This document shows, piece by piece, positions 38,070-51,364 of a stretch of DNA of 64,000 bases (position 1 is its first letter; every line of letters begins with the position of its first letter). The stretch is from contig NC_086108.1 of assembly GCF_963921235.1 (NCBI RefSeq), positions 87,608,001-87,672,000 of the forward strand, given 5' to 3'. Position numbers and translations under genes: made by a program. The stretch comes from Mobula hypostoma. Lineage: Eukaryota. The notes under the pieces were generated by a model. That model searched no databases. It saw only the letters and a program-made list of their open reading frames with translations, and had not been told where the DNA came from.

Positions 38070-40500
38070 GGGCCACAAAAGAATTAAATGACTAACACGC
38101 AAGAAAAGAGACACAGGAGTAACCCTGCACCACCATTCAATACGATCATGACCAATTTACCTAGGCCTTGACGCTCATAGCTAGATCTCTTTGCCCTTAA
38201 TTTGTGATCTATCAAAGGCTAATCAATCTCCATTTTACACACTTCTAGTCTGCATAATTCCCTGGGATAGAGAATTCCAGAGATTCACTAACTTTCACGA
38301 ATAGAAATTTCAATGCAAGTATGTCTTAAATGACTATCCGTTACTTTTCAACTGTGTCTCCTTATACCAGAAACTCCCATTAGAGAAAACATCATGACAT
38401 TTACTTGTGGTGTACCAGCAGGTTCATACACATTCCAATGAGATCACTCTTTGCTCTTCTATGCTCCAAAGAATGTCAATTCAACTTAATTAGTTTCTCT
38501 TGATGGAACAATTCTGTCATCCCAGGAATAAACCCCTAGAGTCTCTTTTGGATTGCCTCAAATCGTGTTCTATCCTTTCTTAGGTAGGAGGACCAAAACT
38601 GCATGTAGTTCAGTAATACTCTCTAAATTGTGACAAAACTTTTCTCTCAACATTGACCACTTTGCAATAAAGGCCATTAAAGGCCTTCTTAACAACTTGC
38701 TGCTTGTTAATCCTTCAAGTGTGCATTTAATATTTGTTAAGATCCTTTCCTGACATTTCAAGACCAGTAAAATTGTATCTACTGTTAATATGCTATACAA
38801 TAATGGCAATTGTTTTAAATTGCACCATCTGATAATAGTTTTTATACTCTTGCCTCAATAGAGACAAGGACATCATTACGACAGCCACTGTTAAATTATG
38901 GTAGGCCTGAAAACACGGAAAAGAATAAGACATAGAAGCAGAATTAGGCTATTCAGTCCACTGAACCCGCTTTGCCATTTCATCATGGCTGATGTTTTAA
39001 CCTTCTTAATCCCATAAGGGTCCCAAAACTACCCACAATACACCAAGTGTGGTCTGACCTATGCCTTATAAAGACTCAGCATCACATCCTTGCTCTTAGA
39101 TTCGAGTCCTCTGAAAATTTATGCAAACATTGCATTTGCTTTCCTTACCACCAACTTAATCTGCAAGTTAACCTTTAATCCTGGACAAGGACTCCCAAAT
39201 CCCTTTGCTCCTCTGATTTTTGATCTTTCTCCGTTTAGAAAATAGTTTACGCTTTTATTCCTTCCACCAAAGTGCAAGACCATACACTGCCCTACACTAT
39301 ATTCCATGTGCCTCTTCATTGCCCATTCTCCCAATTTGTCTAAGTCATTCTGCAGATTCCCTGCTTCCTCAACACTTCTTGCACCTTCACTTTTTTTTAT
39401 ATAGTCTGCAAACTTGGCCACAAAGTCAACCAAATCACGTATAGTATAATGTGAAAAGAAACGGTTCCAATACTGAATCCTGTGGAACACAACTAGTTAC
39501 TGCTGGCCAACCAAAATATACCCCCTTTATTTCCACTCCGTCTCCTGCCAGTTAGGCAATCTTATATCCATACTAGTATCTTTCCTGTAATACCATAGGC
39601 TCTTATCTTTTTAAGCCTCATGTAGGGCACTTTGCAAAGGCCTTCTGAAAACCTAAGTAAACAACATCATAAGACCAAAAGACATAGGAGCAAAATTCAG
39701 CCATTTGGCCCTTCGAGACTGCTCCACCATTTCACCATGGTTGATCCACTTCCCTCTCAACCCCAATCACCTACTTTCTCCCCAAATCCTTTCACACCTT
39801 GACTAATCAAGAACATAGCAATTTTGCCTTAAGTACAACCAAAGACCTGGCCTTCACAGCTACCTGTGGCAACGAATTCCACAAATTCACCACTCTCTGG
39901 CTAAAGAAATTCCTCATCTCTGTTCTAAACAGACGTCTCTCTATTGAGGCTGCCAATCTCCTTGACCACCTGCTTGTTATTTCCTCAAACAATTCCAACA
40001 GATTTGTCAAGCAAGATTTCCCCTTAAGGAAACCATGCTGACTTTATTATGCACATCCATATACCCCAAACACTCATCCTTATAAAGAACTCCAACATCT
40101 TCCAACTACTGAAGTCAAGCTAACTGGCCTCTAATTTCTTCTGCCCCCCCTTCTTAAGACTGGAATGACGGTTGCTATTTTCCAGTCCTCTGGAACCATT
40201 CCAGAATCTAGTCATTCTTGAAAGATCATTGCTAACACCTGCAAAACCTCTTCAGCTATTTCTTTCAGAACTCAGGGATGTATTCCATCTGATCCAGGTG
40301 ACTTATCTACCTTCAGACCTTTCAGTTTCCCAAGAACCTTCTCTTTAGTAAGAGCAACTACAGTCATTTCTGCTCCCTGACATTCTCAAATTTCAGGCAT
40401 ATTGCTGGTGTCTTCCAGTAAAAAGTGACACAAAATACTTATTAAGTTTGTCCGCCATTTCTTTGCCCCCCACTACTACCTCTCCAGCATCATCTTCCAG
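38070..40500 (-). mobile_element. Cluster of CR1 LINE fragments, including a CR1 3' end (~39668-39945) nested in another CR1
   Basis: VAKFAD..K...NLQNDLDKLGEWA; TNLLELFEEIT; FRTEMRNFFSQRVVNLWNSLPQ. Confidence 0.85.
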
Positions 40501-40636
40501 CAGAGAAATCTTCAGTTTAAGTAACGGGACACTTAATAACAAGCAAAGGTAAAATTTGATTATTGAGAACAGCTTAAGAGTTGCAGTGACACCAAACACA
40601 AATATACAATGTAAAATCAACAACAACTGGGCTTAC

Positions 40637-40789
40637 CTCTTGCAACACCCATGTTGGGTCCCATCTTTAGTCGAGGATGAATATGTATGATGGTCTTCCA
40701 CACCACTTCACATGCAAAATGGCCTGGCATAAACTGCATTGTGGCAGCCAGGTAATCCCTTGATTGATAAGTATCATCTGTTGAATAGT
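40637..40789 (-). CDS. SZT2: SZT2 exon (153 nt, 1-1) [31 protein letters not shown]...[10 protein letters not shown]
   Basis: attacag acceptor, GAG|gtaagc donor; [12 protein letters not shown] motif. Confidence 0.95.
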
Positions 40790-41619
40790 CTGTAATTTGA
40801 AGAGGGAGAATTAAACAAAACATAAATAGTTCCTTCCAAAACAGACTTATGGAACACAAGACTGATTGTGCTTTTGACAGAAACTATGAAAAACTTTTTC
40901 CCATAATTAGAATTAAATGGAAGATATCTCCCTCAGTTCATAAACCAATTAAATCAGTTCTTATTAAGACCGGGACAATTATGAGGAATAGAATAAATGG
41001 AAATTTTTACACAGTTATACATGCTATGTGATTTCTGAGCTATTACAAGATGTTAAACTGAGAGGAAGCCATATTTCTAGCTATTAATATGGCAATTTGA
41101 TAGTGTACATCTGTTAATCCTTTGGATTGTTGAGTTTAATACCTTTATTTCAAACACATTGACTTGAAATGATAGAAGATTTATAGGTTGTAATGGCTGT
41201 CTAGTACTGATGCAAGAGGAAATAGCTTTGTAACTTAGTCATTTTTATAACTGTGTTGTGATTGCTCACAAGAAAAAAAAATCCTGCCTTTTCTCATCAC
41301 CTTGTGAAATACACTTCTCAAAAGTGCAAGTTTGGTTATTTTGCAATGAATTTAATTCCAATGTCTCTACTTGCTTAAATAAACTGCAATGCACACCTGT
41401 TTCATTTTTTCCCTTGATTTTACCACTGACTTGAGAATATACTGCATAATATTGATTAATATTCAGAAAGGTATGATGGTGAGAAACAAGGAAATTATAG
41501 TATTAGTAATATAACATTTAACATGGGGAGGTTACAGAAATCTGTAATAAAGAACAAAGTTACCTAACAAGAGAAATCTAAGCTGATGAGAGTGTGAACA
41601 TTCATATATAAATGGATAT

Positions 41620-43270
41620 TTTATAAGCACTCAATCTAGCTAATCTTTTTGAGGAAGTAAACAAATTGGTTATTTCAAGGAATATGGAAGAACATAGGGG
41701 GATATTTACAGATGCAGTTTCAGCAAATTTCCTGGACTATTTGGCAAGCACTCACAAGGGGAGCGCAACCAAAGATATTTCTCCCCGTATGACAAAGGAG
41801 ATAGTAATAAAATGAAACAGAGGAAGGGATGGATAACAGGTTTCAGGTTGATACTATGAGTCTAAACGAGGCCAATTTTATAAAATCTAGAGAGGAAGCA
41901 AAAGAAGAAATAAGGATTTGGGAGAATAAGTTAATCAATGCTTTCAGCCAATGTTACATAGAACATAAATATTTTCAATATGCAACAAATCATTAAAGGA
42001 AGGGATGAAGTTAGCTGGGAATTAAGACAGAAGACCTGGTCTGTGAATTAAGTTTGTATTTCGTATCTGCCTTTATTAAGGAAATACTACCAAAGCTTGA
42101 GAAAGATGAGATAATTGAGACACTAGAAAATCAGGGGAGCAATGATTAAACCAGTGGTCAGTCAGCTTAATCTCAGTGGTGAGAAGCAGTTAATCTTGGA
42201 CAAATATGACAAGCAGGTATTAATTTGTGTTTACATAATCAAATTAAGAGTTTAAGAGCTTGGGAAGACAAGAGATTAGGGCTGAGAAGAAAATGAATCA
42301 GCCATGATGAAATGGCGGAGTAGACTTGATGGGCCAAATGGCCTAATTATGTTCCTATATCCTATGGTCTTAGACAAAGTAATGGTACTGGAGAAGCCTG
42401 ATGTGCACAATACGGTTAAAATGGCATATATTTGTTTACAAATGATATTTAATGAAGTGCCACATCACTACCTTGTTGAAGCTCATAGGAAGGGGCAGCA
42501 ACAACGTGGATAATAAATTCGTGTAAGGACCAAAATCAGTTGTGTAGACTGCCAATTTTCTAACTGGAAAAGATAGACAGTGGAATTCCTAAAGGACCAG
42601 TGTTAGGACAACTGTTTTTTATGTTATATATTCTGGAACTGAAGTTGGCAGCCTTGAGAATTCTAAAAAAAAAACTATAAATGGCACCAAATTTGGAATG
42701 ACAATATGTGGCAAAACAGAGAGACCTTGGTATATGTACACTTGTCTTTGCAGAAAGATGAACTGCTCAAGAAACTTATTAAAAACCTATATGAGATCTT
42801 GGATTTAGTGAACAGATGCATGAACAAGAAAAGCAAGGGCATTATGACACTATCTACTGTTCAGACATAACTAGAATTTGAGTTCCCTTCAATCCTAGTT
42901 ATCACATTTTAGCAAAGAAGCTGAGAGTGTGCAGAAGACATTTATCAAAACTGTGGTGGGAATTATACCACAGGGAGAAACTGGAGTTGTTGCAGGGCTT
43001 GAAGTGTTCAAAATGAGGGATTTTGAAAGACTATATTGAGTGATAGGGATCCCACTGATGGAGGAGACAATAATCTGCGTACATAGATTTAAAGTGACTT
43101 GTAAAGGAATTGGGGAGGGGTTGCTAAATGATGGAGCAAGGAAACTGTATTTTACGGGAGGTTAGTATCTGGACATCCTTGCCAGATTGGGTAATAGAGT
43201 CAGATTCAACTGTGCCTTGAATTGAATCAATATTGAGAGTGTAAGTTTAGGGAATAGGATTTAGCTGCAT
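41620..43270 (+). mobile_element. Old degenerate CR1 fragments
   Basis: cttttttgaggaagtaa-type RT remnant, agtggaattcctaaaggaccagtgttagga (SG.P.G.VLG), and a CR1 3' end at 42270-42370. Confidence 0.6.
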
Positions 43271-43289
43271 TGCTCATATACAGAGGCCA

Positions 43290-43615
43290 TATTATTAGGT
43301 ACACTTGCTCGTTAATGCAAATAACTATTCAGTCAATCATACAGTAACAGCTCAATGCATAAAAGCATGGTTAAGGAGTCAAGTTGTTATTCAGACCAAA
43401 TATCAGTATGGGGAAAAATGCGATCTAAGTGGCTATGACTATGGATTTTCACACAAAACAGTATCTAAAGTTTACAGAGAATGGTATGAAAATCAAAAAA
43501 CATCCAGTGAGTGGCAGTTCTGTGAACAAACATGTCTTGTTAAGAGAGATGCCAGTAGAGAATGACCAGACTGGTTTGAGTTGACCAAAAGACAATAAAA
43601 ATCACTTGTTACCAC
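43290..43615 (+). mobile_element. Tc1-like transposon 5' fragment (deleted derivative)
   Basis: MG.KCDLS.YD..GFSHKTVSKVYREWYENQKTSSEWQFC..CLV, a paired-like HTH N-terminus. Confidence 0.7.
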
Positions 43616-44297
43616 ACTCTACTGCCTGTTTTTGCATCTTCAAATGTGTTAACCTCTAGCTTTGTGCAGTTTTGGCGAAACATTATTCACCAAAAAATTA
43701 ATTACTCTTCAGATGTATCCCCAACTGTTCAAATGTTCCAGCTTTTTTCCCCTTAGCTTCCATTTGTCTTTGTATATTGTTTTTAAATCTTGATTACTTA
43801 AGAGATAAGTTAGCTAACTCATGAAATAGTGGTGCTTTCCCACAAAATCTGTGCTTGGGGAGGGGAGTGGGTTCTTCTCTATAACATAATATAGACAACA
43901 TAAGGTAAAGGCATTTATAGGTTTAACATCAAAACTGCAGATTATGTAGATGGCAGAATAAAGTTACAAAGAAAAGCAGGCATTATAAAGTTGGTGGTTG
44001 TATTCAAAACAAGCACAGAGTCATCCAGTCTATAGTAACAAGCTAGGAACAGTGAATCTCTAATTTCTAGCAGTGTCTTTAAATTGAGCACTAAAGTGTA
44101 GTACCTGAATGCAAAACAATATTCAAGAAGATTGCCTGAATATTACTTTTTACATCTAGAGAGTGAGAAACATAATAAAGAGAACAGAAAGCCCTGATTA
44201 GGCCATATCTTGACCAGTGTAGAATTCTGGGTTCTGGACTTTAAAAAGGACACATCGTTCATATCTTAAATCTTGAAAAAAACATTATATTAATTAG

Positions 44298-44482
44298 CGC
44301 AAACAACAGGAATTCTGCAGATGCTGGAAATTCAAGCAACACACATCAAAATTGCTGGTGAACGCAGCAGGCCAGGCAGCATCTCTAGGAAGAGGTACAG
44401 TCGACGTTTCAGGCCGAGACCCTTCGTCAGGACTAACGAAGCCTGGCCTGCTGCGTTCACCAGAAACTTTGATGTGTTTTGC
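44298..44482. mobile_element. Third Penelope pLTR fold-back insertion (asymmetric), 13-bp TSD
   Basis: Tail-bearing arm on minus plus a 42-nt inverted arm; TSD TTATATTAATTAG at 44285-44297 and 44483-44495. Confidence 0.9.
44399..44434 (-). ncRNA. Minimal hammerhead ribozyme motif
   Basis: AGTC-CTGACGA-AGGGTCTCGGCCT-GAAA-CGTC^GACT on minus. Confidence 0.8.
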
Positions 44483-44939
44483 TTATATTAATTAGTATTG
44501 CATTGCTGAAACATAGAAAGATTTTTCAGGCTGTTAGAAATCATTGTTAAATGTATATGATAAATTGGAGAAAACAGTTTCTTCTGCTAGTGAGTGATGG
44601 GAATGGAAGAGTTTGGACCAGGTAGATAATTTTGATGTTCAACCAGAATCATGCTCCATGCCTAAATACTTCTGGATATGTCCACATGAACCTGATCTGA
44701 CCCTCTCCAACACAAGGTAAACTACTAATTAAGATCTATCCTAATGACCTGATGTCTGATAAAGGAATGATATAAAGGATTAAGTTCTAAGAATATTTGG
44801 AAAAGATTCTTAAAATATCTTGGATTGGTTCTACAGATTTGCCTATACTTCTACACAACTGAAAGATGGACCAAAGCAAACCATTAAAACAAACATACTG
44901 TATATATAAAGGGCATAGATTAGGAAAATAGTTGCATAC

Positions 44940-45069
44940 CATCACTGGCAATAATCCGTGGTCGATATGAAGTGTAGGGGGTTTCATTCTTCCAAATATC
45001 TTCTTCGCTCTCAGCCACAAGTAATGAATTGCATACATGACTGTCATGTAGATCCTGAAGCAGCAAACG
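44940..45069 (-). CDS. SZT2: SZT2 exon (130 nt, 0-1) [32 protein letters not shown]...IASD
   Basis: tctcacag acceptor, ATG|gtatgc donor; near-identical to the remembered human motif. Confidence 0.95.
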
Positions 45070-46092
45070 CTGTGAGAAACAGAGAAAGTACATTAAAAAA
45101 AAACAAAAATGAATGCCCAGTGTTAGCCACCAACTTGCAGGCCAAATATCACCATTATCATTATGGTCTGAGGCCAGAAAAGATGTTTATGCTTATAAAA
45201 TGTTTAGTCAAGACCACGATAACTGGCTAGGTTGGCAACGTCACAGTGGATACTAGGTGACAATGAATAATAAGAAACTGATTCTCATTCATTCAGTACT
45301 GCACTAGGATTTGGTCTGTACCTATCTCACTTTGATTCACTCTTGGATATCAATGCACAGACCTGCCAAAGGGTAAGCAGGAATCCACCAGTATTCTCAC
45401 TACTTAACACATATTTTGCTCTACTATTCACAAAATGATGGAATACTTGGGTGGAAGTAAATTCTAATACAGTCAAAAGCAATTTGACAAAAATTATTTA
45501 GTTAATGAAAAGAGGATTGGAGAATCGATTTAACCTGAAGTAGAACAAAGTGGCTGAAAATTAAAAAGGATTCTGAAATAAATGCGTAAGAGCTAACAGA
45601 GAAATTATATTTAGAGTTCCATTAAGATTTGTAAGTGGCCAATATTATAACTGTTGCAAACAACATGAAGCCAGCCTGGATCATTATAATTGAACCTACT
45701 TGACAGCAATGGTTGGGTCAATTTTGTAATCTTTAATTAAAAGTTTAATTACAAAATATCTTGCAGAAGAGAAAGTAACTAAATGCTGCCAAGTTGGTTT
45801 ACATAGGTGAAAATAAGAGTTCTTTGACAAAATAACATTTATGTTTACAGAGTTTAGCAGCATTTCCAGAAAGCCTTTGGCGGGGTATAACATGGTGGAC
45901 AACCGGAGTACATTTAATGGTACTAAAATAGGGGCATAGGAGAAATTGAATTAAAAACTGATAAGAGGGCAGCCAAGAGTTGAAATTAAAAAGTTCTCAG
46001 ATGGATGGAAATTGATAATGGTGTTCCATAAGACCTTGTTGCGGAATTCAGTCTGATCTCTTTGGGTAACAAAATTAATTTGCTTTTGTATT

Positions 46093-46885
46093 AATGCACA
46101 CAAAATGCTGGAGGAACTCAGCAGGCCAGGCAGCATCTAGGAAAAGATTACAGTCAACATTTTGAGCCAAAAACCTTCAGCAGGACTGGAGAAAAAATGC
46201 TGAGGAGTAGATTTAAAAGGTGGGGGAGGGGAGAGAGAAACACAAGGTGACAGGTGAAACCTGACATGGGAGGGATGAAGTAAAAAGCTGGTAAGTAAAT
46301 TAGTGAAAGCGACAGAAGGCCATGCATGGAAGAAAGAAAAGAGGGAGAGGAGCACCAGAGGGAGACGATGGACGGGCAACGAGGAAAGGTGAGAGAGGGA
46401 AAATGGGATGGGAAATGGTGAAGGGGGAGCATGGGGGGCATTACTGGAAGTCGGAGAAATCAATGTTCATGCCATCAGGCTACCCAAATGGAATACAAGG
46501 TGTTGTTCCTCCAACTTGAGGGTGGCCTCATCGTGACAATGGAGGAGGCCATGGATAGACATATTGGGAATGGGAAATGGAATAAAATCGGTGGTCACTG
46601 GGAGATCTCACTTTTTCTGGCAGACAGAACATAGGTGGTCAGCGGAGCAGTCTCCCAATCTATGCCGGGTCTCACCGATATACAGGTGGCCACACCAGGA
46701 GCACTAGACACAGTACAGGCGGTCACACCGGGAGCACTGGACACAATACATGACCCCAACAGACTCATCGCCTCACTTGAAGGACTATTTAGGGCCCTGA
46801 ATGGTAGCGAGGGAGGAGGTGTAGCACTTGTTCCGCTTGCAAGGCTAAGTGCCAGGAGAGAGATCAGTGGGGAGGGATGAACGTG
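46093..46885 (-). mobile_element. Older-subfamily Penelope-like element, 5'-truncated
   Basis: Diverged homologue of 33093-33960 (pLTR plus GIY-YIG); hammerhead degenerate. Confidence 0.8.
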
Positions 46886-46965
46886 TTTATTTACTTAAAT
46901 GGTCTAGCCTACTACTTTTAATATCCCATGAATACGATATTCCGAATTCCACCAATATCTCGCAT

Positions 46966-47243
46966 TGGGGCACCACAGTAGGATAATGGTTAGCGTGACG
47001 CTACAATACAGGGCGCCCCTGAGATCAGAGTTCAATTTCAACATCCTCTATAAGAAATTTGTATGTTCTTCCCGTGAGTGCGTGGGTTTTCTCCCCCAGT
47101 CCAAAGATATACCGGTTAGTAGGTTAATTGGTCATTGGAAATGGTCCTGTGAAAAGGCGAGGGTTAGATAGGTGGGTTGCAGGGTGGTGTGGATCATTGG
47201 CCCAGAAGTGCCTGTTCTGTGCTGGATCTTTAAATAAATAAAT
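46966..47243 (+). mobile_element. V-SINE (HE1-like)
   Basis: ggggcaccacagtag...ggttagcgtgacgct head; gtatgttcttcccgtgagtgcgtgggtttt...cagtccaaagat...aggttaattggtcatt V-domain; (taaa)n tail. Confidence 0.8.
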
Positions 47244-47547
47244 ACTCCATTTTTCATTATTTCTCCTGTTAGTATCTTTCTTCAGTCTTGCCGATTACAC
47301 TAAAATAGGAGACACATCAAGTTATTTATAAGATCATAATAAAGTCACGAGACAACGTCAATAAGAATATGAAATTCAGCATAAGAGTGCCAGTTAATGC
47401 ATTTTTGACAGACAAAGGGAAATATACAAATTGCCTAGAAAAAAGGTTAACATGGGATAATAGAACAGGCCCATAATCAAAGTTTTGTGTTTTGGAATCT
47501 CAGATTCTTACTATATGTACACATCAATAACAATAATATTTGTAAGA

Positions 47548-47914
47548 CAACACGTAGTTCTGAGTTGCAGGAAGTATGGAATACAGAGAGAGATGATAAT
47601 AATCAATCTAAGGGAATTGGGGGTGCAGGAATTCACATTAAAAGGGTTGCTGGGCATGGGTGAGAAAGCACAGGTCAGGGTATTTTTAGCTTTAAGGGGT
47701 ACAGGGGTTTTTTACAGGATATGATGAATAAGCAGGAATAGGGTACTAGGATGGCCAAAGATGGGAGGATAAAATGTAGGTTAGGGTATATATGTGTGTA
47801 TCATTGGGTGAAGGAATTTGGAATGTAAGTCTGTTGCACACTCTGGAGCAGAAGGTGGCGGTAATGCACCATTAAGCTGGGTGCCAACTGCCGTAAAACA
47901 AGAAGAAGAAGATG
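47548..47914 (+). mobile_element. Nimb/I-clade LINE 3' end
   Basis: ORF2 terminus HVVLSCRKY..QRE...L.GLL....RVFL...GTG...RI*; 3' stem-loop GGCGGT-aat-GCACC...GGTGC-ca-ACTGCC; (GAA)n tail. Confidence 0.7.
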
Positions 47915-48599
47915 ATTGCTTTTAAAAAAAAATGCAGAAACTTCAATGGCACTTATGACCAAATAACTATGGAATAAATTTGAGAATCACGATTATCAGC
48001 TTTTATATCTTTCGTTCCAATAGAAATGTCAATCACTAAAGTAATGATAGTATTTCAAACTAAATGGAGAATGTTTAAATCTCCAGAATTGATGGTTACG
48101 GATGACAGAAGGGGGAAGTTTGTTGGTCTCAAAAAGAAAATGATTTTTTCAATTATAGCTGCTCTGTGGTCTGCATTCTCTTGGATATAATGGTCAAATT
48201 TGGGGTTTTAATTACTGTAGGCAGCCAAGTAGTCATCACAGCAATTAACCTCCTGAATGACATGCTTTAAAATTAAACATTATCTAAATTTAATGTCACT
48301 CTTCGGGTTTATAGGACTTCAACTTTGTTTTCATTTGTCTGATCAGTTAAGCTGCAGTTTAGATGTGTACTGTTATTGGTGATTGTTCCGTCCAAATATG
48401 AAGCTTATTGATTACTGATGCTGCTAGTGCACTATCTAAGGAAGAGGTCTTGTGCTGCAAGAGCATGTTCAAGTTGAAAGAACAACAGCAAGCCAGAAGA
48501 GGAAGATTGTTGCAGCACTGACAGAGTGCAAAGGTGGAAGATGGGTAATGAAAGATTGCAATCACAGGAAGTGGACTGATGATAGATTTCTAGGTGGTA

Positions 48600-48860
48600 C
48601 TCTTGCAGGCTCTTTTCACATCTAAATGCAACAGACATCAGCAAACTACTGGAAGAAAACCTGCAGTCTAATGTACCTGGCAGACGGACATAATTAATGT
48701 CATTGGCTGGGAAAGTCACAGTCTCTTCCATTACTTTTGCTTTCAATTACAACCAGTACACTGGTAGAGACATCCTGAGAGTCGTATAAAAATGCATAAG
48801 AAGAATGATAAATGTATCTCTTGCCAGGGCTGATCTCCCGAACTGACTACATACCGAATG
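48600..48860 (+). pseudogene. Ancient PIF/Harbinger transposase remnant
   Basis: + frame TDISKLLEENLQ...SLAGKVTVSSITFAFNYNQYTGRDILRVV*KCIRRMINVSLARA resembles the remembered Harbinger/HARBI1 HTH segment (L.VAVKVT.AL.FFA.GS.Q...GDI....VHKCIR.VT..L..RA); two in-frame stops. Confidence 0.5.
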
Positions 48861-49749
48861 ATTTGACACTGTTTATGAAATGTAATGTGCAAATGCAACT
48901 TTTTTCTATATTGTTAAATATCCCCAACTCAGTTTCTCCATGTCAGTTTTTATGCAAATTTTTCCTCTGCATCACTCTGTATAACTCTGTTCTCCAAATG
49001 TCCCCATGTTATATCTTTATACTTATACTTTATAATTTATTGCCGCCAAACAATTTATACTAAAACATACAATCATCATAGCGATATTTGATTCTGTGCT
49101 TCCAAAGGCATTCTGAAATTGTGGCCACAATCTCTTCAGCGTAAATACTATTTTGTTAAAGAAATCTTGCTTTCCTTCATGCAAGCCAAGCCCTCTTCAC
49201 CTTCGTGCTAGTCTGTTTATAGGATCTACTTCCAGCTTCGACCTTCTGCTCTGAATTGCATTCTCTTCTCTCTCAAGTGAAGACAGAACAGTCACACGTT
49301 CAAGTAAAAAGTTAAATATTCACCAATCAATATGGTGCATACACTTGTAACCACGGGATATATGAATCGCACTGCTGCAGTGCTGGAGTAAGTACAGACA
49401 GTGGATGAATAAATGGAGAGGTATAAACAAGAGTGCAGGAAAAGGATGAGGATTGCTGATTGTTGAATGACTGTGAGCAGCTATATGATGGGATTCAGTT
49501 TGGCAAGGCAGTGGGAAAGTTGCTTCAAACATGGAGAAACAAGGTGAATTAACAAATGGACTCACACTTCATACACAATTAGCTTATTAAATCTTTTCCT
49601 ACAGTGCCTAAGGCAACACAGCTTGGTTGGTCATTTCTCAGATACGGTTCCTTTGAATGACTGACACACAGGTTGAGTCCTGTTATCACCAAGGGAATCG
49701 CTGTTTACATTGTGGTCTACTATGACAAATCAAATGCACAGGAACACAA

Positions 49750-50190
49750 GAAGTCGCAGGGAGTAATGGATTCCGCTTAATACATCATGGTCACATCCCT
49801 CTACACTACTGGTATTATCTACAGCAGGTGCTACCTCCAGAAAACGTTATCAAAGATCCCACCAGTCCAAGCCATGTTATTTTCTTGCAGCTACTGTTGA
49901 ACAGGAGGTGCAGAAGTCTGAGGTCCCACATCACCAGGTTCAATTACAGTTACTTCCCTTCAACTATTCAGTTCTTGGATCTACCAGCATAACCCTAATC
50001 ACTAGAGTTTAGTATCACTACAACTACTTTGATCACCTTGCAGTACAAGAGACTTTTGTTTATCACGTTTTTTCTTGTGAATATTGTTTATATAATGCTA
50101 TGTGTGTGCAGTGCTGCTACAAGTAAGTTTTTCATTGCAAGTACACGCAAGTACTTGTGCATATAACAATAAACATAACTTTGATTTTGA
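49750..50190 (+). mobile_element. Rex-Babar-type LINE 3' fragment
   Basis: atcaaagatcccaccagtcc...caccaggttcaattacagttacttccc; aataaac...tttga tail. Confidence 0.65.
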
Positions 50191-50229
50191 AAATGCAAAA
50201 CAATTTTCTACCTCACATTCATCAATTAC

Positions 50230-50347
50230 CTGATTGACGACACGACAAATCTCGCCAATTTTTTTAACTACCGTTCGATGCAAGTGCAAATACTCAAGTT
50301 CTTCCTCTTTTTCAGTTGTAGATTCATCCTTCATCCCAATAAGATTT
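50230..50347 (-). CDS. SZT2: SZT2 exon (118 nt, 2-0) NLIGMKDE...VVKKIGEICRVVNQ
   Basis: ttttctag acceptor, CAG|gtaatt donor; resembles human VGEICREVNQ. Confidence 0.92.
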
Positions 50348-50687
50348 CTAGAAAAATATATCAATTTTTTTTTTACTTTGCAGAGTTAGCGCATTTTCAT
50401 TCGAAAAAAATCAGAAAGGAGGTGGGATAACAAATTAATTAAAAGTTTGAAATTAAATGTAATTAACAAATGATAATGTATTTGAAATTTTCAAATTTGT
50501 TGAGCTCAAATGTTGGAAAATAAATGACATAACGATGAATCACTTAATTTCCTTAATAGACAGGCTACACAAGGTATCAACAGACATTATTTCTTTAGAG
50601 ATTAAGATACAAATTTTTCCAGAACTTTTCAATCACCTAGACATTGAGGAGGAATCCCCCATTATTGAAATAGCATCTTATTCTCAC

Positions 50688-50826
50688 CGTGTATGAGAGT
50701 AAACTTCAACTCTATCTTGATGAATTTGGATGATCAGCCAAAAATCAGGCATCAGTGGGCATCTGGGTTCCTGTTCATTCATCATGGCACCTTCACACTC
50801 AGAGTCACTGCTACCGCCATCATAAC
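50688..50826 (-). CDS. SZT2: SZT2 exon (139 nt, 1-2) GYDGGSSDSECEG...PLMPDFWLIIQIHQDRVEVYSHTR
   Basis: cttacag acceptor, CG|gtgaga donor; GYDGGSS motif. Confidence 0.93.
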
Positions 50827-51364
50827 CTGTAAGGGCCCATAAAACCGACTTAACCGCCATGACCATAGGAACGGACATCACTGATTAAATGGATAAATAG
50901 AGTATCGTTATCTAATAACCTCTATGTCAGTAAAGTATAGAGACTAACCATACAAACTAGAAATCAAGGGAAGTCCATTCTCCAGAAACCTGGATGAACA
51001 GGATAATGTTCAATGGACCAGAGAAAGCAAAATGGACACAAGACTAATTCCTAATTTGGGCCTAAATTGGAGAACTCATCTGAAGCTCAAATTGGTCATA
51101 GGATCCATTCAACAGAAAAGACAGAAGACAGAAAGGGCCATCGTCTGTGCTGATTATACAATAAAACATACATAGAGAAAAACAGCATGCCTGAATTCTC
51201 TGCAGGCAGGATATAGATTCAGAATGAATTAATATCTCACACATTGGTTTGAAATGTTGACTTTATTACCCTTCCATAGATGCTACCTGACCTGCTGAAT
51301 TCCTGCAACATTTTCAATGTGTTTTGATATAGCTATTTTGATAAGAAATCTGACTTTGACTTTA

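Noticed and set aside
48432..48746. 104-aa minus-strand ORF as a possible SZT2 exon
   Set aside because: The flanking exons join directly (VVNQ|RLLLQD) as in the conserved protein; the sequence is better explained as antisense of a Harbinger-like fossil
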